DNA of 64,000 bases from Entomortierella parvispora E1425 (GCA_020891255.1 BQFW01000001.1:2108001-2172000); one strand, 5' to 3'. Positions 11,033 through 22,938 are shown, counted from the stretch's first letter. Notes: generated by a model from the letters alone, not told the origin. Numbers and translations are program-made.

Positions 11033-12229
11033 CTAGGCGCAGGCATTTCCCTGGACCTGCTGATCCTGTTGACCCTGGCAAGATGAGAAGGATGCACTTC
11101 CCTGACCCTGGTAAGAAGGGAAGGAAGCATCCTGCTGCCCCTGGTAGGAAGGAGAGGAAGCATACTGCCCCTGGGAGGAAGAGAAGGAGCCGTACGAGGC
11201 AGAGGAAGAAGAGGGAGTGCCAGACATGTAGGTAACATCAGACTGGTCGCAAGGTTCTGTGTTGATAATGAATGGCAGAGACTGAATCGAGGGCTGGAAG
11301 GTGGTCAAAGGCGTAACCTGGACATTGGGGGTGATCTGCACCTGAGATCCAAGCTGGACGCTGGACTGAGGAAGAGACTGGTCCTGGCTGTCTGCAGCTT
11401 GAATGGAAGTCGCCAACTGATTGACCGTGGGCTGGTAAGTGGTCTGGGGCAAGACTTGGGTGACTGGCTGAATGGCAACGTTCGATCCCAGGTTGACATT
11501 CTGCTGTGGAAGAGAGTTCGACTGGGCAGCACTCGCCTGGATGTCAGCACTCAAGGACTGGACCTGAGGCTGGTACGTTGTCGCGGGGAACACTTGATTG
11601 CTGGGCTGGGCAATGACCTGCGAACCCATGTCAACGCTCTGGGGTGGGACAGAGGTGTTGCAGCCTTCCTCGCCTTCATTGCAGTTCGAAGACTGGAACT
11701 GGCTGAAGAGCAAGTTGCCAGAGTTTCCAGAGTTTCCAGAGCTTCCAGAGTTGTCAGAGTTGTAAGAGCTGTCCGAGCTGTCCGAGCTGTCTTGTTGGTG
11801 GCGCTTGTAGAGACCACCGCGAAGACCGGCGAAGCGTGATCCAAAGCCAGAGGAGGAAGGGTAAAGAACATTGTTCAGACCATAACCGGAACCATAGCCG
11901 GAACCGTAGATGGAGCTGCCACCGTAGCCACCGTACAATCCATAGTTGGAGCCATAACCACTTCCGAGGCCCGAATAGCCGTTGGAAAGGTCGTTCGACA
12001 GATCATCAGAGTCGCACTCGGACTGGACGATTGGGGAGAAGGCCTGGACGTAAGGCTGATAACGGGTAATGGGCGTGACATTGGTCACTGGTGCAATGTT
12101 GGTTGTTGAACCCAAGTTCACATTGCCAGAGCTGGCAGACTGACTGCAAGCATCACCTTCGCAGCGAGCGACCAAAGGGGCGGCCTGGATTGAAGCAATC
12201 AGGGCGATGACAACGGCGATCTTGTACAT
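11033..12229 (-). CDS. Secreted Gln/Ser/Val/Pro-rich repeat protein of unknown function, 398 aa, single exon
   Basis: Signal peptide MYKIAVVIALIASIQA. Four copies of a ~46-aa unit VxLGSxVxIxPxxxVxPxTxYQPxVxxL. Internal LYKR dibasic site. Short DNA tandem repeats encoding SGN/SSD runs and SYQGQ units. Confidence 0.9.
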   Translation of the reverse strand: MYKIAVVIALIASIQAAPLVARCEGDACSQSASSGNVNLGSTTNIAPVTNVTPITRYQPYVQAFSPIVQSECDSDDLSNDLSNGYSGLGSGYGSNYGLYGGYGGSSIYGSGYGSGYGLNNVLYPSSSGFGSRFAGLRGGLYKRHQQDSSDSSDSSYNSDNSGSSGNSGNSGNLLFSQFQSSNCNEGEEGCNTSVPPQSVDMGSQVIAQPSNQVFPATTYQPQVQSLSADIQASAAQSNSLPQQNVNLGSNVAIQPVTQVLPQTTYQPTVNQLATSIQAADSQDQSLPQSSVQLGSQVQITPNVQVTPLTTFQPSIQSLPFIINTEPCDQSDVTYMSGTPSSSSASYGSFSSSQGQYASSPSYQGQQDASFPSYQGQGSASFSSCQGQQDQQVQGNACA

Positions 12230-12354
12230 GGTGAACGAAGGTGGTTTTGAAAGTATCTCTTTGGGTATGAAGATGTTGCTGCTAGCGCTGCTGTTGTTGT
12301 AGGAGGTTGTTTTGGTCGTTGGATCGATGAGGATTTGGATCCTACAAGGGCCCT

Positions 12355-12361
12355 TTTTATA
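12355..12361 (-). promoter_or_regulatory. TATA box of the secreted repeat-protein gene
   Basis: TATAAAA(AGGG) on the minus strand about 125 nt upstream of ATG 12229. Confidence 0.6.
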
Positions 12362-14431
12362 AGAGTGGTTGTTTGCTCGTCCTCATGCACTTTTCCAGCT
12401 GAAGAATGGCCGTCAACTCTGGAGCTCTACACCGTCCACACTGCAATCAGAGGAGCCATATATTCCCCCGAATGCAGCGCTGAAGAAGAAGCCGGAGGAA
12501 GAACTCGCCTAATGATGCATCGATGTCGATCTATCGATGATCAGCTCCGAGCGCGATAACTGGTGCCAGAGGACCTGTCCATCGTCGAAGGCAAGGGAGC
12601 GACGCGTCCTGTGTCAAAACGAGGAGAAAGAGAGGACTGCGTGTTTTCGAGGAAGGGTGGCTGTGGACAACGCGTCCGTCAGGAGGACGGACTGTGCCGT
12701 CTGTGGAGATTCAAAGTGGCCTCTGCTCTGTGCTCTGACAAAGGCACTCTCTCATCGCACGGAAAGGAACAGCCAGAGACGCCCATCCCCCTTCCCTCTC
12801 GCCATCCCTTTGTCCTGTCTATGCTCCTCAGTGTTCATTCATTCCCGCGCGTCTCCATCTCTGTTCATCGTGATTGATTAGATAAAGGTAAGGAGCGCCG
12901 ATCTCTCTCTCTCTTTTTTTTTTGTTTCTCCTGTTTGATCAAGACGGCTCATCCGACCACACGGGATCTGATCAGTCCAGAACGCGGGTCTTGCTGCTGT
13001 TATATCTGTTTTTATGGCGAACGTTACTGGGGATGTGTTCTCCCCTTCCCCATACCCTGCCCCTTGGTGTGAAGACCATGGTCATGATGAACGATCATTG
13101 CTGACACGCAGACTATCCGACCATTGGTGGGGCAGCAATCGATGTAGTCTTCTGCTCTGTCCATTAATGGGTGTTTCTGTAACAGTGTGGTTGTCAGCTA
13201 TCAAAATGCTTCAGCCGATACCTTGAAGAGAGAAGTGGAGAGAGAGAGGGAGTAGAGGCAACAGCAGCACGCACACACACGCAGCGAAAGGCGCACCCTG
13301 GGGCTGGTGAACGCTTGCCCTTTGAGCTCGATCATAACCATCGCTCAGCGCGGTAGAAGAGCGTGGAAATATGAAGAAACAGAGAGCGAGAGCGTGCACC
13401 ACGGGGGGAGCACCAGCGTGAACGGATGCAGACAGAGACCACCATTGACCAGAAGGAGGGTAGAGCAATGGCACTGTCTGCGGCAGTGACAAACAGCAGT
13501 GGCGATGGACCCTGTGGCCCCATTGGCCCCACTGGCACCCACTCGTGGCCAACAACCGACGATGGCAGGGTGGCTAGCCCCGTAGGTGTCGTGGCACCGA
13601 CAAAAGACTGACAAAGACAGACAGGCAGACAGACCAGCAAGCAGTCAGTCAGTCAGTCAGTCCGTCAGTCTGTCGGCCGCTCTGTCTGTCCGTCGGTCAT
13701 TCAGTCCATCCCTGAACCCTCTCCACTCCTCTGTCTGCATCTGTTTGCCCAAATCTCCTTTGCGTCAACGACGAGATCGATCCCGCTCCTTGCATTTGAT
13801 CCTCTCCCGCCAAGCACGATCATCATTGCTTCCTCTTCCTTCCCTGCTGGCCTTCTCCCGATAAGTCCTGTCGATCCCCCACTCACTCGCTGATATTTGT
13901 CCCCCCACTCCCCTCGCGCAGCGTTCAACTCCAATCCAAGCCTTGCTCCTTGCCAAGCATCCCCAGGTGTTCAAGGAACCGCATCAAGATCCACGCTCTG
14001 GTGGTTGCCGTGGTTTGCCTCTCTGGGATCCATCGCTCAACATCGACAGATTCAAGATATCTGGTCTGCTTCCCAGTGCCGCCTCCATTCAGTGCATTTT
14101 TTTTATTATTTCGTCCGAGAAAACAAAACGCACCTTTTCCTTTCTCTTTCTTCTTCCCCCCTTCACTCTTTCTCTATTGTCCCCCGTGTCTCCTTCTCTG
14201 TCAGCACTCTGCTCTTCATCGTTACATCTACCGGATAGCACCACATAACCCCCCTCTTCATCAAAGATTCCGAGCTCAACATCGGACCGCTCCTTGGAGA
14301 CAACAAGGCATAGTCGTCGTCCTTTCGACAAGACCCGTGGTCAGCCTCATACAAGCCCCTCCCCAGTGTCATTACCCGAAAGGGAACCTACTTATAAACT
14401 GTCTGAGGTTCATGAAAGAGGCGCCGCGGTC

Positions 14432-17400
14432 ATGCCGCCGGTGGCCCCACCACGAGGAAGCCAGTTGGCCATCATCCAAGCCATTAATGATCGCAGAAGA
14501 GCAGAACGGTCGCAAATGATGATGTCGAAAGGCTCCGCAGGAAACACTCAGCCTTCGCCAGCTGCCGGATGGGTCAATGGACGTCCAACGTTCGGATCGA
14601 AAGGACCATTGACAATTTCACCCAGCTTTGCCGGTGGTATGCGACAGGCGATAGCGAATGGCTTGGGTGGTGAGTATCAGGATGATTGTGTTTGGCCTCG
14701 TACACTGACTGACGGATGATCTCTCCATTTTTCTTCTGTTCCCCCAGCTACTACAACCGCAATAGCCACATCATCACCGCCTTCAACAGGAACACCATCT
14801 GGGAAGGCAATATCGCCTGGGCTGGTGCATCCTCACACCAGTGAACAACTCCCTACACCTCACCGCAGCGGCGACATCACAGGGCTCAAGATTAGGATTC
14901 CCAGAGATCTCCCCAATTTGCCTGATGCCTTCCGGAGGCGTGGCGCCATTCGTTCTCAGCCAACTTCTTTGCCTCTGTCCGCTTCGCCATCGTCAATCTT
15001 GACACCATACCCTCCGGTGAAGGCTACGGCTTTGCCATATGCCAGCCCAGGCACAATTAAGAGGACATACAGCACAATGTTGCTGGAAGATCACCAATTG
15101 GACCTTGGCAATCATCCCTTGCGTGGTAAATAGAAAAGAGTGCTGCAGCAGAATACGTGAGTTGGGAGCATGTTTTGGAGGCGCAACGGCACTGACGTCT
15201 TTGGATCTCCCTATTTGTGTCCATAGATTCTGCGCAGGATAACGACAAGCGCCAAAAGGTTGCCAGTATCCCAAGTTCATTAATGCCTCTGCCACCTCAG
15301 TTGGCCAATGCAAAGAATCTCGCAATTCGCACGGCCCGCCTGCCTCCTAATGCTACCCCCAGGAGCAACCCCCTCTCAAACCTGATTTCTAGTCATTCAT
15401 CATCCAAGGTTCATTCCAGCGTCCAACGCCACCGAAGCAACTCTAGTTCAAAGTCGGCCTCTCCTAACGGAACCCCAGTCCGGATTGCCTCGCCCAGTAT
15501 TGCCCCAGACACAACTGTGGTGGTACCACCATTGCAGCAACTTTCTGCAACGGAGCAGAAGGCGACCCCATTGGCAACAGCTTCACATTCTCACGGTACG
15601 AGATCAAATGAAGGCGCGGTCCAGACGACTTCCAGTCCAGCGGATGCGGACGAAGTGATGTCTTCTGCGGTTTCTGCGAGCACAGTGGCCACCGACCAGG
15701 ATCTCCAAGGCTTGAAACCGATCGAGTTGGTTCGAGTAGGAATGAACATTCTCGACTCGCTCGTTTGCAACACATTTTGCAAGGGCTTTATCAATCCAGT
15801 TCCATCCTCAGTATCCAACTACTACGTGGTCATTAAGAAGCCAATGGACTTGACGACGATCGAAAGGAAACTTTGGAAGTCGCTGGAACTGGCTGGCGGC
15901 AGTGGCTCTGGACATTCAATAGCAGATGACGGATTGGAGGGATATACATGTTTGGAAGATCTGGAGAAGGATTTGAGAAGAATCTTTCAAAATGCCACCT
16001 ATTTCAACTCGCCCAGTCACCCCATCTATAAGGAGGCGCACTCCTATCAGAATCAGTATCTTGGGTTGCTCGCAAGCTATCGCCAAGGGTAAGTGGAGAT
16101 TTTTCTCTTGTTTTTTTTTTTGTTGAAAAATGACGGTCTTACAAACTATCCTTCACCTCCTGGTGCTCAATAGGCAAATGCAGTTGAACGCCCCTATTCC
16201 ACACGAGTCGTTCAGACCAGAGATGATCTCTTTGTCTGAGCCTGGGTAAGGAGATACAGAAATACGAAAATAACGAAAACAACTTTGCAGAATCTGGGGC
16301 AATTATTTACTAATGTTTTATTTTAATGTTTTGCTTTCCCCGCGACATTAGTCCCCTTTACCTGTTCCGTGCTCATACCCTTCGTGAAATGGAGCGCAAG
16401 ATGACAGACATTTCGACCGACCTGTTTTCAACTCTGCACCAACCCCTATTTGATGCGTCTTTCGAATTTGATGAAATCTCACCAGAGAAGCCTCGGTTTG
16501 TGAGAATGTACATCAACAAGAACCGCAGTGTGTTAGCCAAGTGTCGCGATGAACAATTCGCTAGAGTGGCTATCCTTACAGACCTCCAGATCGGAAAGTC
16601 TTATACAGCTTCGACTCAGTCCGAGTCCTCCCCAGGAGCACCAAAATCTGGAAAGGACAACGGCGCTGCATCCATTAGCATGGTGAATGTGTCCTGTCGA
16701 GTCTTGATCGGAAAGCCGATTGGTGAACGACATGACATGGTCACAGTTGGCGATCTGGACTGCCCGAACGCGTGGGTTACGGTGGCATGTGTCAAAGCGA
16801 TGGAGCTGGATGTAGAAGTACCCACCAAGTTTGAGAAGGGAACCTTGTCCAAGATGAGACACGAGCTGGTGCCGTATGCTTTGGATACAAAGATCAGTCC
16901 TGAGCACCAACGCGCGTTTGCAGATGCTCTTGGATTGCTGTTGCCGACCTCCACCCGAGCTGGTCAGGTGCATGGCTTCATAGGACAGCGGTCTGCAATT
17001 CCTATGCCTCCTCCGGCTGCTCCCGTTGCCTCAACTCCCAAGCCTAGCAGCCCCAAAGGTCTGGGAATATCCACACCCTCAAGCATGCCCTCAGCCGAAC
17101 CTTCACCTGCATCCGTCAAGTCAGATTCAAGCGAGGCAAAGGATGCAAAAGATACAAAACAGCCTTTGCTGACGGTTCACGATCAAGGAACCAAAGGACG
17201 GCTATTAGTCACGATCAGATCCTCATCTCGGAAGGCCAAAAACGCTCTCACTCATGTCTATGCAGCTTCGACACCCGCTACACCACTCCTCTCTGGAATG
17301 GCACATACCCTCTCCAGTCAAGTTCCATCTACTCCAAGTGAGGGCGAGTCTCTGTCGGCGCCGGATCGTCTGTTGCTAAACGAGCAGATCACGAAGCGAG

Positions 17401-18549
17401 GCAACAAGATGCTTGGGGACTTGAAGGTTGTGGCGCGTCAGAAAGGGGTTCCTTATACACTTTGGGATGACATCGAACCCACACTCACTGTGGATTCAGC
17501 TCATGGACTGTTCAAGCGAATCTTCCATGTCAAAGGCGACGAGGGAGTGGTGGTCCAGAATTTCAAGGAGATGGATGCCGAGTCCTTTGAGCAGCGAGTC
17601 CGGGAGGTCGCTTGTCTTTTGGAGCTGAAAGGTCTTGAGGGAGTAGGTCAGATTCAGTCCGTCATTGACAATGATGAGAAGCATCTTGTTGGACTTTCAA
17701 TGACCAAGTAAGTCCCATCCACTTTTGACGTTTTTGCTCTGCGTGATGTTGATTACCAGAGATATTAACAACTACCCAAATTCCAATTTATCATCTTCAT
17801 CTTTTAGATACAGCTACACCTTGAAACAGTACGCCACCAATGCAAGAAAACATCCGACCCCATGTCAAAAGCTCAGTCTTATCCAAGACATGGTCTCGGC
17901 CATGTGCGATATCCACGAGGCAGGATTGGCCCATCGAGATCTAAGCGAGGTCAATATCATGGTGGATGAAGATCCCAAGGAACGACTTGACGACAATTCA
18001 CCTCGCCCACACGTCAAGGTGATTGACTTTGGCAAATCTGTGTTTGTTCGCCGGCGTGAAGTGGAGCGCTGGAGCATGCAGGAGAAGGTCTCGGATGAAG
18101 AGCTTGCGCTCTTGCCGTTGGTTGTGCTTCCACCGGACCATGGCTACAAGTTGTACCGATCCATCCTGACATTGCCCAAGACCAAGCAGGATCATACCCC
18201 ATTGCCTCCTGTGGACCCTCGATCCGAGGACGTTTACTCACTCGGGGTGTTGATCTGGAGGACATTCAGTGGCAAGTCGCCCTGGAACGGCGCAATTGAA
18301 GATGATCTGAAGACGATCCGATACCTGGTCGCCTCGGACTCACAGATCCGTTTCCAGCTCGAACGTGAAGTGACAGGTCCAATGTCGCGGGCGTTACTTC
18401 TGCGCTGCTTGACAGCCCAGGCAGAGACGCGATCGACTGCAAAGCAATTGAAGGAATGGCTGGCCCAACCGCAGATTAGCTCGGAGCTCTTGAAAGAGTT
18501 TGAGGCTTTGGGCGGAGGTCGCAAGAAGGTTCGCAAGAACTTGGATTAG
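14432..18549 (+). CDS. Bromodomain + unknown domain + atypical protein kinase fusion, 1215 aa. Exons 14432-14669, 14748-15125, 15227-16088, 16174-16245, 16352-17707, 17808-18549
   Basis: Bromodomain GFINPVPSSVSNYYVVIKKPMDLTTIERKL...DLRRIFQNATYFNSPSHPIY. Kinase motifs HRDLSEVNIMV, KVIDFG, EDVYSLGVLIW. Five GT-AG introns give a continuous 3648-nt frame. The start codon is the first in-frame ATG; an extra upstream exon cannot be excluded. Confidence 0.9.
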
Positions 18550-18905
18550 AGGAGACCCTCACGAATGCGAATGACCAACGCCCACCCCCGTTGCCACCTC
18601 AGCAACATCAACTAGTACCCACACCACTTTAGTACCCGATTCTCAGTTCCTTTTTTTTTCCTTTTTTTTCAGTTCATTTTTTTTTTTTTCAACCTGTTGT
18701 TCTCATCATTACTTGTTTTTATATTCCGTTCCCCCCATCTCATATACACATCCATCGATAATAAATCCAGATAGCATGAGACAGAGGTCTTGATGCAAAA
18801 GAGATATTTATTTTCTAGTGGTATTGTACAATGAGGGCATTGAAAAAGGTATGCAGATGGCAAGAAAGAAAGCAAGCGAACGGGTAATATTGAGGTGTAC
18901 GAGAT

Positions 18906-20138
18906 TTAGCACAAAGAGGCGGTCGTCGCCAAGGCCACCACCAACAGCGGGACGATCCAGTTCACGGCCTCCAAGTGGGTCAAGGGAGTGGAAGCTGCAG
19001 AAGTCAAGCCCGAGTTCCGGCTGGTGGCGTCCTTGTCATTGAGATCGGTGGAGGTCTTGCCATTGTCCATGTGGTTATCGTCGTTCACGCTGGGGGGAGG
19101 GCGGGCCAAATGAGAGACAAAGATGGCCTTGGCAGGGTTGGGCTTTCCGCCAGGGGTGGCCTTCAACCCCTTGATACGGAACTGACGATCCTGAACCAGG
19201 ACCACATTGTGGGTGGCAGGGACAGCAGCAGCAGCAGCAGCAGCCACCTTCTTTTTGGCTGGCGCTTGTGCAAGAGAAGACTCAACTTCGTTGTTGCTTT
19301 CAAGCACGAAATCGTTGGGCGTGGACGCGTCCGCATCGGATCTCTTTTCTTTTTCTTGCCCTTTGCCTCCCTGGACGTTCTTGACGGCGACGGTCTTCAT
19401 AGTGGCCTGTGTAGAGCTCGTTTTCAAGACCACTCTGAACTTGTCTGAAAAGTCAAACTCGGACGCCAGCGTCTTTGGGATGGTCCAGCTCTTCCACAAG
19501 AAGGGTTCCTTCTTGGCGGCCAGATCCTGGGGGACAGGAGTTCCCTCAGGGACCAAAACTGCCAACCTGACCTTTCCATACTCGTCCATCAGTTCCAAAG
19601 ATGCCGTCTTGGGGGCGTTACCTGACCCTAGAGCACTCAGCATCCAAAAGTCAATCTTGGACTCTCCCGCAATATAGGTAGGGCGGTAATTGATATAGTA
19701 AAAGTCGAGGTTATTGTCTGGGTATATGCCCTGGGTGATCACCATGTTGTTCTCGGCCGTGATGGTGATGGTCATGGGGGGAGCACAAGCGGAACCAGGG
19801 ATGGCACGCGTGGGCAAATAGGCCAACTTTTGGTCATCCCCGATCTGACCTTCCAATTGCAGCTGGAGAGGAAGAGGGGAACGATCAGAGAAGGTGATAG
19901 CCATGGCATTGACCAACTTATTGGGCGCTGAAGTGTGCTTGGGCATCCTTCTCGGGGCAGCTTCAACCCCTAGATGGGTGGGGGCGGTGGTCGAGACCAA
20001 AAGGACAACGAAGGTTAGAGCAAGGATGAAATAGGGCGAAGAGGAGGTACGCAATCGTCTAGGGGTCGTAGCGGAAGTGGTGGAGCGCGAGACAGCCTGG
20101 GCTGAGGATCCGATGCCTATGACGGAGGAAAAGGGCAT
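18906..20138 (-). CDS. Uncharacterised cell-surface protein (signal/anchor, beta-rich domain, probable GPI signal), about 410 aa. Alternative start at 20198
   Basis: Long ORF with hydrophobic YFILALTFVVLLVST near the N-terminus and C-terminal small residues plus a hydrophobic tail (SGLTSAASTP...WIVPLLVVALATTASLC). No family recognised. Confidence 0.75.
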   Translation of the reverse strand: MPFSSVIGIGSSAQAVSRSTTSATTPRRLRTSSSPYFILALTFVVLLVSTTAPTHLGVEAAPRRMPKHTSAPNKLVNAMAITFSDRSPLPLQLQLEGQIGDDQKLAYLPTRAIPGSACAPPMTITITAENNMVITQGIYPDNNLDFYYINYRPTYIAGESKIDFWMLSALGSGNAPKTASLELMDEYGKVRLAVLVPEGTPVPQDLAAKKEPFLWKSWTIPKTLASEFDFSDKFRVVLKTSSTQATMKTVAVKNVQGGKGQEKEKRSDADASTPNDFVLESNNEVESSLAQAPAKKKVAAAAAAAVPATHNVVLVQDRQFRIKGLKATPGGKPNPAKAIFVSHLARPPPSVNDDNHMDNGKTSTDLNDKDATSRNSGLTSAASTPLTHLEAVNWIVPLLVVALATTASLC

Positions 20139-20999
20139 TCTGATGGCCTTGTGGAATGAAGACCTGATGAATGACTGGGTGTATGGGTGCTTGTTCATGA
20201 TGCTAATGCTAATGCTGATGATGCTGATACTGAGAAATTCAAGGTGCTGTATGCTAAAAATGATTGAGTGCAAGGGCGAGTTGCTGGCAAAAACTGACAA
20301 TAAGGGGGGACAACTCGGACGTTTAAATACTTTCTTGGACGCGTTCGTACTCTTTACAACCTGCCCTCCTTTTCCCTGTGAAGATGATCGCTACCATCCC
20401 CATTCGCTCCTTACCGGTCGGTTACGTCCGAAATTTCTATCTAGTCGAGTAAACCACCATCCAATTAACCCGATGGTTGTCCGTCCCATTGGGCCAATGT
20501 TGTTTATCCATTCCATATTCCCATTCAACGAAATTGATCAGCTTTTTTTGTTTTTTTTTTGTTTTGTTTGTGCTGTGTCCGACTTAGTAATCCTGGCGTA
20601 AGAGCATTGATCGCCACCATTACGCATGGCTGCCGCTCAATTGCAGATTGTACCCCTCATCATCGGCCCAGATTTCAATCGCAACTGAGAAAATCATCAA
20701 GGATCACTCCCCCAATGACGCGTTTCCTCTCCGTGCTGTGTGATCTACATTTGTGTAACATCATGCTGACGCGTCCTTCGTCCAGACGACGACTCCACCC
20801 TATCTTTGCCAGGAGGCCGTTGCATTCGGTCCTTAAAACAAGTTCGTTCTTTTGCTCTCTTTTATTTTTTGCTTAAAAAATGTGGCTTCCATAATATTAG
20901 TTGTACAATACAAAAGCAGGAGGAAGGAAAAACAGACTTTTGTCCTCTAAAGACCTTGGTAATCTCTATTTGATTATCGGCAACAAGGAGCAACATCAA

Positions 21000-22653
21000 T
21001 TAATCCACAGTTTCCTGCTCCAAGATGACATGGGATGAAGACTCCTCGTTCGCCTCATGCTGAAAGAAATCGGTGAGACGGAGGGGACGAATCTCCTCTC
21101 GGTCCAACACCACGTTGTCCAAGGCGCCCTTGGTGTCAGAGCCTTTGCCTCGGAGATATTCTCTCAAAGGCAACATGGATGCATTTCGGCAGGCCTCCTT
21201 CAAGTCACTTCCAGAAAATCCTGCCGTCTTTTGCACAAGCTTTTGGTAGTCGAACTTGGGGTCAATCTTGGTCGACGACAACATCTAAGTATCAGATCAT
21301 GAATTCAATTGAACAGTTAGCTTCTACATGACAACAGGTCATTTGGATTTTTTTTCACTCTTCCACTTACAAGCTTCAAAATCTTCATGCGCTGCTCCTC
21401 CGAGGGCAACTTGATGGCAAAGCGCTTGGGCATACGTCTCAAAATAGCAGAGTCGATATCGTTTGGTCGGTTGGTAGCGCCAAGGACAATGATGCGGGTA
21501 TCCTCTCCGGTGGTTAAACCATCCCACATGCTCATAAACTCGGCCTTCATCATGCTGGTGATCTCATGGTCATTGCTGCGACGCTCCCTCAAGAAAGAGT
21601 CGATCTCGTCAATGAAAATGATGGCAGGCTGCATCTTGTGGGCAAGAGAGAACAAAGCCGCGACGAGCTTGTTGGACTCTCCAAACCACTTGTCAGTCAA
21701 GGTTGAAACGTGCATGTTGATGAAGGTAGCACCAGACTCCTTGGCGAGGGCCTTGGCCAACATAGTCTTTCCGCAGCCTGGGGGTCCATACAGCAACACT
21801 CCCTTGGGTGCTCCCAACAATCCTGCAGCACTGGTGAACAAGGCGGGATGGTTCAGGGGCAAGATAACACTTTCACGCAGGGAGCGAATGATGGGATCCA
21901 GCCCTCCGATTTCTAGATGGTAAAAAAGGGGGACGAGCCTTTAAGCGTGGTGATACATTTTCCTGACTTTTCGTGGCACAACCTTTCGTTGCTTCTTACG
22001 CTCAAAATCAACCTTGATATCCTCTGGATGAATGACCTCTGAGGCAATGACCTGCTCGTATTCGTTCAGTTTGATGTCAGAGTGCTAAGGGCAGAGATAG
22101 AGGATCAAGAGAGGGGAGTTAGCAAGATAACTATTGATATCTGTAACATGGGACAACGCATCAAAATAGAGCGATCAACTTACTCCGAGCCGATCCAAAA
22201 CCTTGGCACTCTTTTCATGAGCATCCTTCTTCTTTGTCTTCAAAGGATCCATGGACGAGATGATATACTTGAATGCATAGTAGAAGGCTGCTTGCGACAG
22301 GGCAAAAAGGGCCACTACAAAGGTGCATCCGATGAGAAAGTGAGGGGACAGACGTTAGATTACGGTTGAGGCATGTCGCTTAAAGTAGACCGACCAAGAC
22401 ATGGGGCCAACAGCATCGGACTCCATGAAAGAACACCGTAATGGCAAGAGTGTGGACGTTTGAAATTATTCCTGATGGAAGTTTGAATCCTGCGTCCAGT
22501 TGCTGAAGCGACGATTGTCCTGACATTCCCTCAGAGTCCCCGGTTCCGGCAAAGGTCCTGTTGATCAGCTTTGTGAGAGACTGACAATGAGCGCGGTTGA
22601 GATGAGCTTTTCCACTTACAGTCGGCAATGTACTTTTTCGTTTGAGGCTGCAT
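21000..22653 (-). CDS. MSP1: Mitochondrial outer-membrane AAA ATPase Msp1/ATAD1, 358 aa. Exons 22653-22620, 22314-22184, 22084-22000, 21912-21371, 21284-21000
   Basis: N-terminal TM ([19 protein letters not shown]), [18 protein letters not shown], Walker [19 protein letters not shown], Walker [40 protein letters not shown]. Confidence 0.95.
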
Positions 22654-22938
22654 ATTCTTTAAGTTGGCTCCAAGAACGAAAAAGGAGAAGGGCGATCGAA
22701 GGGAGGGGAAGGGGTGGAAAGGGAGTAGAGGATGGAAGCAAAGCAGGCGAAGAGAATAAAAGGGACCACAGAAGGAAGCTCATGTCCTGGTCCACTTCAA
22801 AAAAGGAACAAAAAGACCATGCACGTGACAGTCACGGTCTGCTGGTTCGTTGTCCGCTCGAGACACGCAGGGCCGATGACTGGACGAGATTCTTTCTCGA
22901 CTCATTCATCCATCCCCTCTCCCTCTCATTCGCTCACA

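Noticed and set aside
12400-14290. Numerous 60-190 aa ORFs in the long intergenic regions (also 31000-31640, 32580-34000, 49400-50460, 55100-57160, 61350-63290)
   Set aside because: Low-complexity GA/CT-rich promoter, UTR and terminator sequence with homopolymer runs; no domains, transposase or RT motifs, or terminal repeats.
17490-18549. Calling the kinase a true WNK orthologue or a FunK1 kinase
   Set aside because: Only the Lys relocation is WNK-like. The catalytic loop (HRDLSEVN), DFG and architecture differ from WNK (HRDLKCDN, DLG), and I see no other FunK1 hallmarks. Family left unassigned.
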